A stretch of 64,000 nt of DNA, from NCBI GenBank assembly GCA_947305805.1, contig CAMZEM010000001.1, forward strand, positions 1,172 to 65,171, read 5' to 3'. The notes under the pieces were generated by a model. That model saw only the letters and a list, made by a program, of their open reading frames with translations, did not search any database and was not told where the DNA came from. Source of the stretch: an uncultured Clostridia bacterium (lineage in GTDB: Bacteria > Bacillota > Clostridia > Oscillospirales > UBA644). Of the stretch, positions 8,569 through 17,858 are shown one piece after another. Numbering within the stretch: position 1 is the stretch's first letter; every line of letters begins with the position of its first letter. The translations under genes were made by a program, and so were the position numbers.

Positions 8569-10639
8569 AATTAAAAACCGCAGATTTTTGCTTGACGGCA
8601 GGGAGGATTTCCTTGTTTCGGGCGAATTTCACTATTTCAGAGTTCCCGCCAAAGACTGGGAAAAACGCATGGTTCTTTTTAAGGAAATGGGCGGAAACTG
8701 CATTGCAACGTACGTTCCGTGGTGCGTTCACGAAATGACCGAGGGCGACATAGTATTCGGGGACGAGCCGCAAAGAGACCTTGCGGCGTTTCTCGATCTC
8801 TGCAAAAAGCTCGACCTGCCCGTAATAGTCCGTCCCGGTCCATACTGCTATTCCGAGCTTGACGGCAGCGGCGTTCCGAAATGGATAAACGAAAAATACC
8901 CCGAAGTGCTGGCATGCCGCATAAACGGCGAAACGTTCGGCTCGGTATCGTATATGCATCCGCTGTTTTTTAAAAAGGCGGAAAAATATCTCAAAGCGTT
9001 TGCAAAAGTTATACGCCCGTATCTTGCCGTTTCGGGCGGACCGGTCTTTTCCGTTCAGCTCGATAACGAGATTACGGGTACCCATATCTGGGCGGGCACG
9101 CTGGATTACAATCCGCAGACGTGGGGCTTCGGAAAAGAGGACGGCGAATACGCAAAATATCTTACAGCGCTTTACGGCAGCATAGAAAACGTAAACGCTG
9201 CATATAACACTTCGTGGAAGTCGTTTTCCGAGGCGTATCCTTTGCAAAGAGACGCAAAAAGCGTATATGCGTGCCGCAGCGGAAAGGATATGTTTGATTT
9301 TTATCTCGATATGTGCGGCAGATACCTCGAAAAAATAGCGGACTGTCTTCACGGCGAAGGTATCGAAACGCTCTTTTGCCATAATTCGGGCAACTGGAAC
9401 ATGACGGGATATTTCGAAAAAATGCTTCCGCGTTTTGAAAAATACGGCGGACTGTTTCTCGGCTGCGACCACTATTACAATCTCGGTCAGAATTTTGAAA
9501 ACAACAACCCCACGCCCTATTACGCAATGGACGTTCTGCGCTCTCACGATCAGCTTCTTCATCTCGGTATGCCGCAAACGGCGCTCGAGCTGCCCGGCGG
9601 CTCTCTTTCCGCTTTTCCGCCCATTCTCGCAGAGGACGTTGAGGCATGCTACATGGTTAATACCGCCATGGGCATGAAGGGACTGAATTACTATATCTAC
9701 ACCGGCGGTCCGAACTACAAAAATACGGGCAACAGCGGCGATGTATACGATTTTAACGCCCTTGTCCGCGCAGACGGAAGCATAAACAGAACGTATTACG
9801 CCGCAAAAAGATTCGATGAGTTTTTACACAGCCATAAGTATCTGCAGTCCGCGGAAAGACTCGTAACCGTAAGAATAGCGTGCGATCAGGAATATTACCG
9901 CTCTTCGCAGTATTTTTACGAAAGCGGCAATTCGCAGGCGGACGCAAAATCGTTTATGAAAAAAGGCGTTCTTTATTCGCTTCTCGCATCGGAATATGCG
10001 CCCGGGCTTTTCGATATCGCCCACGGCGTGCCCGACACCGGTATGCCGCTCGTTTTATGCGGTTCGGATTCGCTTTCGCAGTCTTCGCAGAAAAACGTCG
10101 TATCTTTTGTAAAAAACGGCGGAAAACTTCTCGTTTTCCGCACCCTGCCCTGTCTTGATGAAAATTACAGCCCATGCACCGTTTTAAAGGACTTTATCGG
10201 AATTAAAACCGAAAGATACTCAACATCCGCGCCTGTAACCTGCAACGGGGTGAGTGAACGCATTTATATGCTTGATATTAAATATGCCGTCTGCCCCGAA
10301 CAAGACGACGAAATTCTTGTTTCTTCGGAAAAACCTCTCGCTTTGCGCCGCAAAATCGGAAACGGCGAAGTGATTTTCTGCGGATTTGACTACGTTTTGT
10401 CTCAGTTTTCACAGGTTGACATGATGCGTAATTTTGTCTCTTTACTCGGAGCAAAAACGGCTGTATACCATTCGAATCCCCACGTTTTCACATCCGTTCT
10501 TGTAAGCGAAACGGGTAAAAAAACGCTGTTTTTGATAAATCTTTACTCGTCTCCGCAGACAACGGACTTTACTTTTGAAGGCAAAACCTTTAATTCCGTT
10601 TCTCTTTCCGCAATGGAGGTTAAAACGTTTGATTTTTAA
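8558..10639 (+). CDS. glycoside hydrolase family 35 beta-galactosidase
   Basis: ORF 8513-10639. Start moved to the ATG at 8558 after GAGGAG. FLLDGREDFLVSGEFHYFRVPAKDWEKRM..ATYVPWCVHE..VIVRPGPYCYSELDGSGVPKW matches the GH35 N-terminal TIM-barrel pattern. Confidence 0.75.
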   Translation: MKVEIKNRRFLLDGREDFLVSGEFHYFRVPAKDWEKRMVLFKEMGGNCIATYVPWCVHEMTEGDIVFGDEPQRDLAAFLDLCKKLDLPVIVRPGPYCYSELDGSGVPKWINEKYPEVLACRINGETFGSVSYMHPLFFKKAEKYLKAFAKVIRPYLAVSGGPVFSVQLDNEITGTHIWAGTLDYNPQTWGFGKEDGEYAKYLTALYGSIENVNAAYNTSWKSFSEAYPLQRDAKSVYACRSGKDMFDFYLDMCGRYLEKIADCLHGEGIETLFCHNSGNWNMTGYFEKMLPRFEKYGGLFLGCDHYYNLGQNFENNNPTPYYAMDVLRSHDQLLHLGMPQTALELPGGSLSAFPPILAEDVEACYMVNTAMGMKGLNYYIYTGGPNYKNTGNSGDVYDFNALVRADGSINRTYYAAKRFDEFLHSHKYLQSAERLVTVRIACDQEYYRSSQYFYESGNSQADAKSFMKKGVLYSLLASEYAPGLFDIAHGVPDTGMPLVLCGSDSLSQSSQKNVVSFVKNGGKLLVFRTLPCLDENYSPCTVLKDFIGIKTERYSTSAPVTCNGVSERIYMLDIKYAVCPEQDDEILVSSEKPLALRRKIGNGEVIFCGFDYVLSQFSQVDMMRNFVSLLGAKTAVYHSNPHVFTSVLVSETGKKTLFLINLYSSPQTTDFTFEGKTFNSVSLSAMEVKTFDF

Positions 10640-10641
10640 TG

Positions 10642-10680
10642 CGGAATTCCAAATGAATTCCGAAGAAAATTTATTTTTTT
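10642..10680 (+). terminator. hairpin plus T-tract after the GH35 gene
   Basis: CGGAATTC (10642-10649), loop CAAAT, GAATTCCG (10655-10662), then AAGAAAATTTATTTTTTT. The stem contains the AATGAATTC word related to the ATGAATTG repeat family. Confidence 0.55.
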
Positions 10681-10715
10681 ATAAAACATCGTCACGCTTA
10701 ACAAATAGTATAATT

Positions 10716-10762
10716 AAATCCGATTTAACAGCTTTTCTGTTAAATCGGATTTTAATTTTTTT
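10716..10762. terminator. perfect 16-bp hairpin, probable bidirectional terminator
   Basis: AAATCCGATTTAACAG (10716-10731), loop CTTTT, CTGTTAAATCGGATTT (10737-10752), followed by TAATTTTTTT. A/T runs on both sides. Confidence 0.7.
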
Positions 10763-10809
10763 GATAAATAATACTGGGTATCGTACCTAAATAGTATTAA
10801 CAACTTCTG

Positions 10810-11697
10810 TTAAAAAAGATCCGACGGTTCAAAAATATAGATAAAACTATCAAACTCTTTGTCAGAAACCCATAACTTTGCTACATCGGTCGAACCCTTT
10901 TCGTCAAGATTTTTTGCATAACTACTAAAGTATCCATCGTCTGAATCGACAATTTGCCCATCCTTAAAGTATAGAATTTTGAATTTATCAAAATAGTCTA
11001 TCTCGTCAGCTGTTTGCTTGAAAGTGATATAAATATAACTATCAACTATATTATATTTCTCTATTACAGCTTTTTGTCTATCACTTTCAGAAAACGATTT
11101 GGTTTTGGCATTTGCAGATATAGTATATGTATCTGCCCCTGAATTTTTATCGAAATGAAAAGAAAAATAGTTTACATACCCTTTACAAAGAACAATGGTA
11201 TCCTCACTTTTTCCAACAACATTTTCATCTGAATCATATACAATCAATGTCGCAGTTGCTTTCCCGTCTGTTTTTGCTTCAACTTCAACAATAACATACG
11301 TATAACTCGAAGATGAATAAATATCTTCCCTTATAACATCATAATAAGAATTGTGATTAAACGTGTTCTCTTCACTCGTATTGTTTTCTGACTGTTGAGA
11401 ATCTTTCTTCGAATCATTCGGATTTGTTTCTTCCTTTTTGCTGTCTGATTTTGTGCTATTTGATGTAACAGTAGAGGTTGATTCAGCCGTTTCAACCTTG
11501 CTATCTGGCTTTGGAATAATCAAATAAGAAGCAAAGATTGTAAAGCATATAATAATAACAATAAGAGGGACTTTAAAAGTCTTATTTTTTGCTAATCTAA
11601 CAATCAATATTATAAAAAAGATAAAGAATATAAAAAATGAAAGTACCGCAAGTAATGCTAAAAAACCTATAAATACTGAATATAGCGGGGATGACAT
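10810..11697 (-). CDS. hypothetical membrane-anchored protein (two N-terminal TMs, S/T/N-rich linker, about 190-aa extracytoplasmic beta-rich domain)
   Basis: 295-aa ORF in a visibly AT-rich stretch. Weak SD. I recognise no family. Confidence 0.5.
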   Translation of the reverse strand: MSSPLYSVFIGFLALLAVLSFFIFFIFFIILIVRLAKNKTFKVPLIVIIICFTIFASYLIIPKPDSKVETAESTSTVTSNSTKSDSKKEETNPNDSKKDSQQSENNTSEENTFNHNSYYDVIREDIYSSSSYTYVIVEVEAKTDGKATATLIVYDSDENVVGKSEDTIVLCKGYVNYFSFHFDKNSGADTYTISANAKTKSFSESDRQKAVIEKYNIVDSYIYITFKQTADEIDYFDKFKILYFKDGQIVDSDDGYFSSYAKNLDEKGSTDVAKLWVSDKEFDSFIYIFEPSDLF

Positions 11698-11783
11698 ATT
11701 TGTACCGACTTTCTTAATATTTGTATAAAGCTTTACTATAATTTGTCTTGTATTTGAAAAATGAATTGCGCGTATAACGCCGT

Positions 11784-12608
11784 TTAATAATTTCCTATTC
11801 CTTTCGGGTTCGGACCGTATTTATTCGGGCCATAACTGCTGTCCATACAGGTGAAAATAAACACTATAAGCCCGCCGACAAGAGGAATAAGATTCAGAAA
11901 AATCACCGCGCCGCTCTTGCCCGTATCGTGCATTCTTCTGACAAAAAGAGCAAGAGAAGGAATGAAGATTACGAGGCTGTAAACGGCTAAAATAATTTCC
12001 AGAATGATTACACCTAGCCCGAGTTCGGGTATTCTTCCGTAATTAAAAAAGTCCGAAATGGCGGGGAAAAGCATAATTAAAGCAACTATTCCAAAAATCA
12101 TCATGATTATCGCGTTCATAATTCCGGCAAGCCAGTATTCTTTTCTTCTGCTTCTGCCGCTGAATTTGGCGTATTTTTTAAACATACTGCCGTATGCGGT
12201 AAAGAGGTTGAAATCTTCAATCGGGGTTGCCTGTCCTGCATATTGGGGCTGCTGATACTGATATGCGTTCTGATACTGCTGCTGAGGATTATACTGCCTG
12301 TATGTCTGCTGATTTGCTGAATACGGGTTTACATTGTATGCGCCCTGAGGTCTTTGCTGATATGGTTGCGATGCAACCTGTTGCGCTGCAGCCTGCTGCT
12401 GTTGATACGGTTGCTGCTGATACGCCGGCTGCTGATACGGCTGTTGCTGCTGAGCATAAACGGGCTGAGCCTGCTGAGGGGCAACCTGCTGCTGTTGCTG
12501 AGGAGCAGCCTGCTGTTGCGGCTGCTGTTCGGGCTGTGCTACCGCCGCGCCGCAGTTTGTGCAGAATTTCGAGTTGCCTACGTCGGTACCGCATTTCGGA
12601 CAAAACAT
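11784..12608 (-). CDS. zinc-ribbon / Gln-Pro-Tyr-rich linker / DUF805 membrane protein
   Basis: 274 aa. N-terminal CPKCG..CTNCG zinc ribbon, about 120-aa Q/P/Y low-complexity region, and a C-terminal DUF805-type pattern (GRSRRKEYWL..., FVRRMHDTGKSG) with TM helices. GGGAGGAAAAG SD. Confidence 0.8.
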   Translation of the reverse strand: MFCPKCGTDVGNSKFCTNCGAAVAQPEQQPQQQAAPQQQQQVAPQQAQPVYAQQQQPYQQPAYQQQPYQQQQAAAQQVASQPYQQRPQGAYNVNPYSANQQTYRQYNPQQQYQNAYQYQQPQYAGQATPIEDFNLFTAYGSMFKKYAKFSGRSRRKEYWLAGIMNAIIMMIFGIVALIMLFPAISDFFNYGRIPELGLGVIILEIILAVYSLVIFIPSLALFVRRMHDTGKSGAVIFLNLIPLVGGLIVFIFTCMDSSYGPNKYGPNPKGIGNY

Positions 12609-12645
12609 TGTCTTTTCCTCCCTGTGTATTTTTTACTCTGAAAAA

Positions 12646-13182
12646 TTACTTGAAATATCTGTTGAGAAGGCCTTCAAAAGCTTTGCCGTGTCTTGCTTCG
12701 TCTCTTGCCATTTCGTGAACGGTATCGTGAATAGCGTCGTGACCGGCTGCTTTTGCGCGTTTTGCAAGGTCGAATTTGCCTGCGGTTGCGCCGAATTCGG
12801 CGTCAACTCTTACTTCGAGATTCTTTTTGGTACTCGGAGATACAACTTCGCCGAGAAGTTCCGCAAATTTAGCGGCGTGTTCGGCTTCTTCCCATGCGGC
12901 TTTTTCATAGTAAAGGCCTATTTCGGGATATCCTTCGCGGTGAGCGGCGCGAGCCATTGCAAGATACATTCCTACTTCCGTGCATTCGCCCATGAAGTTT
13001 GCGCGAAGATCGGCAATTATATCTTCCGATGCGCCTTCTGCTGCGCCGATAACGTGTTCGGCGGCAAGAGTGCGGTCTTCCATTACTTTAAATTTTGATG
13101 CGGGAGCTTTGCATACGGGGCATTTTTCGGGGGCGGAATCTCCTTCGTGGATATATCCGCATACGGAACATACGTATTTCAT
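12646..13182 (-). CDS. rbr: reverse rubrerythrin (N-terminal rubredoxin-like CxxC..CxxC, C-terminal di-iron ferritin-like domain)
   Basis: 178 aa. [23 protein letters not shown] is followed by ExxH di-iron helices ([18 protein letters not shown]). AAAGGAGA SD. Confidence 0.85.
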   Translation of the reverse strand: MKYVCSVCGYIHEGDSAPEKCPVCKAPASKFKVMEDRTLAAEHVIGAAEGASEDIIADLRANFMGECTEVGMYLAMARAAHREGYPEIGLYYEKAAWEEAEHAAKFAELLGEVVSPSTKKNLEVRVDAEFGATAGKFDLAKRAKAAGHDAIHDTVHEMARDEARHGKAFEGLLNRYFK

Positions 13183-13243
13183 TTTCAGATCTCCTTTTAT
13201 TATATTAATTTTTATTTGATAATATTTGCCATATTACAATTTT

Positions 13244-13272
13244 ATTATATCATCCGGCGGGTGATTTGTCAA
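13244..13272 (-). promoter_or_regulatory. consensus sigma-A promoter for rubrerythrin (TTGACA-17-TATAAT on the minus strand)
   Basis: Reverse complement of 13267-13272 is TTGACA and of 13244-13249 is TATAAT, with a 17-nt spacer. It lies directly after the secF stop. Confidence 0.7.
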
Positions 13273-13274
13273 TA

Positions 13275-14264
13275 TCAGTTCTTCTTTTTGGAAAATTTAT
13301 TTTTAAGCAGTATCCACACGTTTCCGCTGATAAATACGGAGGAATAAAATCCCGCGATTATGCCTACTATTATCGGGAATGAAAACTCTCTTATCGACGG
13401 TACGCTGAGGATATAAAGAATAACTATGGTGAAAAGCGTGGTAAGCGACGTAAACACCGAGCGGCGCATCGTCTGTCTTATACTCTTTTCGGCCACCTCT
13501 TCACAGGTTGCGCCCTGCATAAGACGGTTGTTTTCGCGAATACGGTCAAAAATGATTATCGTTGCGTTTATGGAATAACCGAGTATTGTGAGAACAGCCG
13601 CGATAAACGGAAGATTTATCTGCACTCCGAATATCAGATTGAAAATTATCATCATCGATATATCGTGAAGAAGCGCCACAACGGCTGCAACGCCCGAGAA
13701 AAGGTCAAAGCGTATGGAGATATATACAAGCATAAGCACCGCCGCAGTGACCGTTGCGATAATCGCCGCTTTAAGCAGATCAGACGCCGCCGCGGGACCT
13801 ACGCTGTCCGAAGACAGGAGCCATTCGATTTTAGAAGCGTCTACCGAGTCTTCCCCGTCCCCTTCGGAAGAAAACGGAAGCGAGAATTCAGCCGCAAAAG
13901 CAGAAAGTATCGCTCTTCTGTCCGCATTTTTGTTTGTATTGCATTTTACGGTAATAATATCGGTGGAATTGAGTATTGCGGTATCTACCGCCGTAACGGT
14001 TGTTTTCTGCACGAGCGACGGAGTTTCGCCCGTAACGTCTCTTACAATGCTTTCAACTTTGTCGAGATCTTCTTTTGCAACGTCGCGCTTTATCGAAAAA
14101 TTGAAAACCGTGCCGCCCGTGAAGTCTATACCCCAGCGAAGGCCTATGTCGGGATTATCCTTGAATATATAGGAAACAACCATGCCTATAATGCCGAGCG
14201 CGATTATTATTATGCCTACGGTAACTATGAGTTTGCCTTTTGAGGTTATTGTAAGCTTGTTCAT
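13275..14264 (-). CDS. secF: protein translocase subunit SecF
   Basis: 329 aa. Polytopic, with the typical SecF C-terminal TM bundle (FDRIRENN). One-base start/stop overlap with secD at 14264. Confidence 0.85.
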   Translation of the reverse strand: MNKLTITSKGKLIVTVGIIIIALGIIGMVVSYIFKDNPDIGLRWGIDFTGGTVFNFSIKRDVAKEDLDKVESIVRDVTGETPSLVQKTTVTAVDTAILNSTDIITVKCNTNKNADRRAILSAFAAEFSLPFSSEGDGEDSVDASKIEWLLSSDSVGPAAASDLLKAAIIATVTAAVLMLVYISIRFDLFSGVAAVVALLHDISMMIIFNLIFGVQINLPFIAAVLTILGYSINATIIIFDRIRENNRLMQGATCEEVAEKSIRQTMRRSVFTSLTTLFTIVILYILSVPSIREFSFPIIVGIIAGFYSSVFISGNVWILLKNKFSKKKN

Positions 14265-15586
14265 TATGCGGCACCTCCGTTTTTATTTGCGGCAAGCTGC
14301 CTTTGCTCCGCATTTTTTTTCGAAAGTCCGTACAAAACGGGGTTTCTTACTCCGAAAACAACGAGCGAGCGAAGCAGATATTTTGTTACTATTACCGCGG
14401 TAAACATCGAGCAGAGCACGCCGATAAGAAGCGTAACGGCAAATCCCTGTATCGTACCCTTGCCGAATATAAGCAAAACGACCGCGGCTATAACGGTGGT
14501 GATGTTTGAGTCTATAATCGCGAGAAGCGCTTTGTCAAAGCCGGAGCTTACCGCGCCTGAAGTGCTCTTTCCGGCAGTAAGTTCCTCTTTTATTCTTTCA
14601 AAAATTATTACGTTTGCGTCTACCGCCATACCTATTGAAAGAATTATGCCCGCAATGCCGGGAAGCGAAAGGTTGATTCTGAAAAGCGCGCAGATAAAGC
14701 AGACTATCGATACGTAAAATACGAGCGCAACGGCAGATACAACGCCGGGAAGTCTGTAAAGAATTATCATAAGCGCAATAACCGCCAGAAGTCCTATAAA
14801 CGCGGCAATAAGGCTTGATTCGAGCGCGCCGTCGCCCAGAGTCGGGCCTATGGACCGCTGTTCTATCGCGTCAAGCGCAAACGGAAGCGCGCCCGCGGCT
14901 ATAACGGCGGCGTATTCCGTCGCCTGTTCCTGAGTGTTGGTTGTGATTATGCATTCTTCGCTCGTTATCTGATTTTCAACGTACGGTTTTGCAATCTGAG
15001 TATCGTCGAGAAGTATTGCAATGAAGTTTTTATCCGAAGAAAGTCCCGCCATCCTCTTTGTTGCCTCGGAAAAACGCGAAACGGCGTCGGAAGAGATTTT
15101 CATCATTACCACAAACTGATTTGTCTGCGAAAGATAGCCGGGCGTTGCGCTCACTATATCCTTGCCCGTAAGCACAACTTCGCCGTCTGAGGTAACAAAA
15201 GAGAGGTTTGCAGTCTGTCCCAGAACGTCTATCGCGTCTTCGGGGCTTGATATTCCGGGAATTTCAACCGTAATGCCCTGCGCTCCCGTTCTGTATACGT
15301 TGCCCTCCGTATAGCCGAGATTTGTAAGTCTTTTTCTCATTATCTCAACTACCGTGTTAAGATTTGCATCGAGGTCTCCGTCATATTCGCCGTCAATAAT
15401 CGGCTCAAACGTTACCAGTGCGCCTCCGTCAAGGTCAAGTCCTCTGCGAATACCGCCCTCGTCGGAGTAAAGACCGAGCTTAGGGGGAATTACAAACGAT
15501 CCGATGCTTATGCCAGCAAAGCAGACGTATATCAGCACGCCCATTACCGCGGCAAGCAAAACGCATCCAATTATCCTTTTTGTCAT
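14264..15586 (-). CDS. secD: protein translocase subunit SecD
   Basis: 440 aa. LGLDLxGG-type motif (RRGLDLDGGALV), periplasmic-type domain, then six TMs (VDANVIIFERIKEE). Confidence 0.85.
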   Translation of the reverse strand: MTKRIIGCVLLAAVMGVLIYVCFAGISIGSFVIPPKLGLYSDEGGIRRGLDLDGGALVTFEPIIDGEYDGDLDANLNTVVEIMRKRLTNLGYTEGNVYRTGAQGITVEIPGISSPEDAIDVLGQTANLSFVTSDGEVVLTGKDIVSATPGYLSQTNQFVVMMKISSDAVSRFSEATKRMAGLSSDKNFIAILLDDTQIAKPYVENQITSEECIITTNTQEQATEYAAVIAAGALPFALDAIEQRSIGPTLGDGALESSLIAAFIGLLAVIALMIILYRLPGVVSAVALVFYVSIVCFICALFRINLSLPGIAGIILSIGMAVDANVIIFERIKEELTAGKSTSGAVSSGFDKALLAIIDSNITTVIAAVVLLIFGKGTIQGFAVTLLIGVLCSMFTAVIVTKYLLRSLVVFGVRNPVLYGLSKKNAEQRQLAANKNGGAA

Positions 15587-15673
15587 ACCGTTGCCTTTCT
15601 TTGTTTAAACAGTGATATACCGTTTATCATTATATCATTTTACGATAAAAAAGTCAATAGAAAGGTTTTTTTC

Positions 15674-15702
15674 TTGACAAATAATATGCGATGTGATATA
15701 AT
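15674..15702 (+). promoter_or_regulatory. consensus sigma-A promoter (TTGACA-17-TATAAT)
   Basis: TTGACA at 15674-15679, 17-nt spacer, TATAAT at 15697-15702, 37 nt upstream of the ATG at 15740. Confidence 0.7.
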
Positions 15703-15739
15703 CAGCACATAAATCCTTCGCAAAGAAAGTCGTGATAAA

Positions 15740-16825
15740 ATGGAAAAAATGACATCCAAATCGAGAATACTTTCCGCCGTTTGCGGCAAACCGACGGACA
15801 GAGTTCCCTGGTCGCCGTTTCTTGCATATTACTGGCAGTATATTCCGAAAGAGGAACAGCAAAAGGGCGAAATCCGCTATATGCAGGAAATGGGCGCGGA
15901 TCCGCTGCTTCGCGGCTCATGCGCGCTTTCAAACTCCGAAAGAAAAAACGTTGAAATATCTTCAAGACGCGAAGGAAACAAACAGTATCACAGCTTTATA
16001 ACGAAAGTTGGCACAATAACGGAGGTTTCAACGTATTCTGCGCATGCGGATACGTGGTTTTTAACGGGACATCCCGTTTCAACCGAAGAGGATTTCAAGG
16101 TTCTTCAGTATATTCACGAAAACACCGTTATAACCGATAACACGGCGCTTTTCGACAAAGCGTATAAGGAAATCGGCGAAGATGCGGTATCGTCGCCGAA
16201 TATAGGAGTTCACAGAAAAACGTCGTTTCAGTCGCTTGTAGAGCACTGGTGCGGCACGGAAGCGCTGACATACGCGCTTTACGATTTTCCCGAAACGGTT
16301 GAGGAATGCCTTGCCGTTATGCAGGCAAAAGACAGGGAAACCGTAAAAAACGCCTGCAATTCATCGGCTGAAATCCTTAATTTTTTTGAAGACAGCTCCA
16401 CAACGAATATAAGTCCCGCAATGTTTGAAAAATACACTCTGCCGCAGATAAACGAATGGGCGGATATGCTTCACTCGGCGGGAAAACTGCTTATGCACCA
16501 CGCATGCGGACATCTGAAAGACCTTATGCCGCTTATAGCAACGTCGAAAATCGATATTCTCGAGTCTATTTCGCCGCCGCCTACGGGGAACATAGAAATT
16601 GCGGACGCGCTTAAAATACTGCCCGAAAGAATAGCGGTAATAGGCGGAATTGAGCCGACGTTTTTTGAAAACTGCACGCTTGATGAGCTTGAAAATTGCG
16701 TAAACGGACTGCTGAACACCGCGCGCGGCAGAAGATTCGTGCTGGCAAACAGCGACAGCTGTCCTCCGAAAGTTACATACGACAAGTTTCTTCTCGTATC
16801 GGATATTGTAAGAAAATTCAGATAA
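15740..16825 (+). CDS. uroporphyrinogen decarboxylase (URO-D/MtaA-like) family protein
   Basis: 361 aa. Overall pattern (GKPTDRVPW near the N-terminus, HHACGHLKDLMPLI, ILANSDSCPP-like C-terminus) resembles URO-D-fold methyltransferase/decarboxylase proteins. Function unknown. Confidence 0.5.
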   Translation: MEKMTSKSRILSAVCGKPTDRVPWSPFLAYYWQYIPKEEQQKGEIRYMQEMGADPLLRGSCALSNSERKNVEISSRREGNKQYHSFITKVGTITEVSTYSAHADTWFLTGHPVSTEEDFKVLQYIHENTVITDNTALFDKAYKEIGEDAVSSPNIGVHRKTSFQSLVEHWCGTEALTYALYDFPETVEECLAVMQAKDRETVKNACNSSAEILNFFEDSSTTNISPAMFEKYTLPQINEWADMLHSAGKLLMHHACGHLKDLMPLIATSKIDILESISPPPTGNIEIADALKILPERIAVIGGIEPTFFENCTLDELENCVNGLLNTARGRRFVLANSDSCPPKVTYDKFLLVSDIVRKFR

Positions 16826-16845
16826 TATATTGAAAGGGTAAGACC

Positions 16846-17844
16846 ATGAAAGTCCTTTTAACGGGAGGCGCGGGCTTTATCGGCTCGCATACCTGCGTAG
16901 AGCTTGTTTCAAAAGGCTTTGACGCGGTAATAGTTGACAATTTCTCAAACAGCGACCCGGGCGTTATTGCGCGCTGCGAAAAAATAACGGGCAAAAAAAT
17001 AAAATATCACGAAGCGGACGTTGCGGATAAAGCCGCCATGCGCCGCATATTTGCGGAAGAGAAATTCGACGCGGTTATTCATTTTGCGGGTTACAAGGCA
17101 GTGGGAGAATCGGTTGCAAAGCCCGTTATGTATTACAGAAACAACCTCGACACAACTTTGACGCTTCTTGAAGTAATGAAGGAATACGGCGTTAATGTTT
17201 TCGTTTTCAGTTCTTCCGCAACCGTTTACGGCGATAAAAATCCCGTTCCGTTTACGGAAGATATGCCTACGTCAACCACAAACCCCTACGGCACAACAAA
17301 GCTTTTCATCGAAAAAATACTTACCGACGCTTCTGCGGCGGACGAAAATCTGTCGGTAGTCCTGCTTCGGTATTTCAACCCGATCGGCGCTCACGAAAGC
17401 GGACTTATCGGTGAAAACCCGAAGGGAATTCCAAACAACCTTATGCCTTATATTGCGCAGGTTGCATCGGGCATACGCGATAAACTTCACGTTTACGGCA
17501 ACGATTTCAACACGCACGACGGCACGGGCGTAAGAGATTACATCCACGTTACGGACCTTGCGAAGGGCCACGTTAAAGCGCTTGAATATGCGGCGGATAA
17601 AACGGGCTGCGAGATATTCAATCTCGGCACGGGCACGGGTTACAGCGTGCTTGACATTGTAAACGCATTTGAAAAAGCAAACGGAACAAAAATACCGTAC
17701 GTTATAGACGGCAGACGTGCCGGCGACATAGACGAATCGCGCGCAGACGCTTCAAAAGCGGAAAAAATACTCGGCTGGAAAGCGGAAAAATCGCTTTTTG
17801 ATATGTGCGCCGATACGTGGAACTGGCAGAAAAATATTAAATAA
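16846..17844 (+). CDS. galE: UDP-glucose 4-epimerase
   Basis: 332 aa. MKVLLTGGAGFIGSH, YGTTK (YxxxK) and the LRYFNPIGAH motif. Confidence 0.9.
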   Translation: MKVLLTGGAGFIGSHTCVELVSKGFDAVIVDNFSNSDPGVIARCEKITGKKIKYHEADVADKAAMRRIFAEEKFDAVIHFAGYKAVGESVAKPVMYYRNNLDTTLTLLEVMKEYGVNVFVFSSSATVYGDKNPVPFTEDMPTSTTNPYGTTKLFIEKILTDASAADENLSVVLLRYFNPIGAHESGLIGENPKGIPNNLMPYIAQVASGIRDKLHVYGNDFNTHDGTGVRDYIHVTDLAKGHVKALEYAADKTGCEIFNLGTGTGYSVLDIVNAFEKANGTKIPYVIDGRRAGDIDESRADASKAEKILGWKAEKSLFDMCADTWNWQKNIK

Positions 17845-17858
17845 AGGCGGAAAATAAA

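Noticed and set aside
8453-9577. 374-aa minus-strand ORF
   Set aside because: It is a codon-aligned antisense shadow of the GH35 beta-galactosidase gene, whose sense frame has clear family motifs.
12227-12718. Three overlapping ORFs (12227-12718 plus, 12289-12603 minus, 12354-12641 plus) in the CAG/CTG-rich region
   Set aside because: They are artefacts of the imperfect trinucleotide repeat that encodes the Q/P-rich linker of the zinc-ribbon/DUF805 protein. Only the 11784-12608 frame has an SD, a zinc ribbon and a DUF805 domain.
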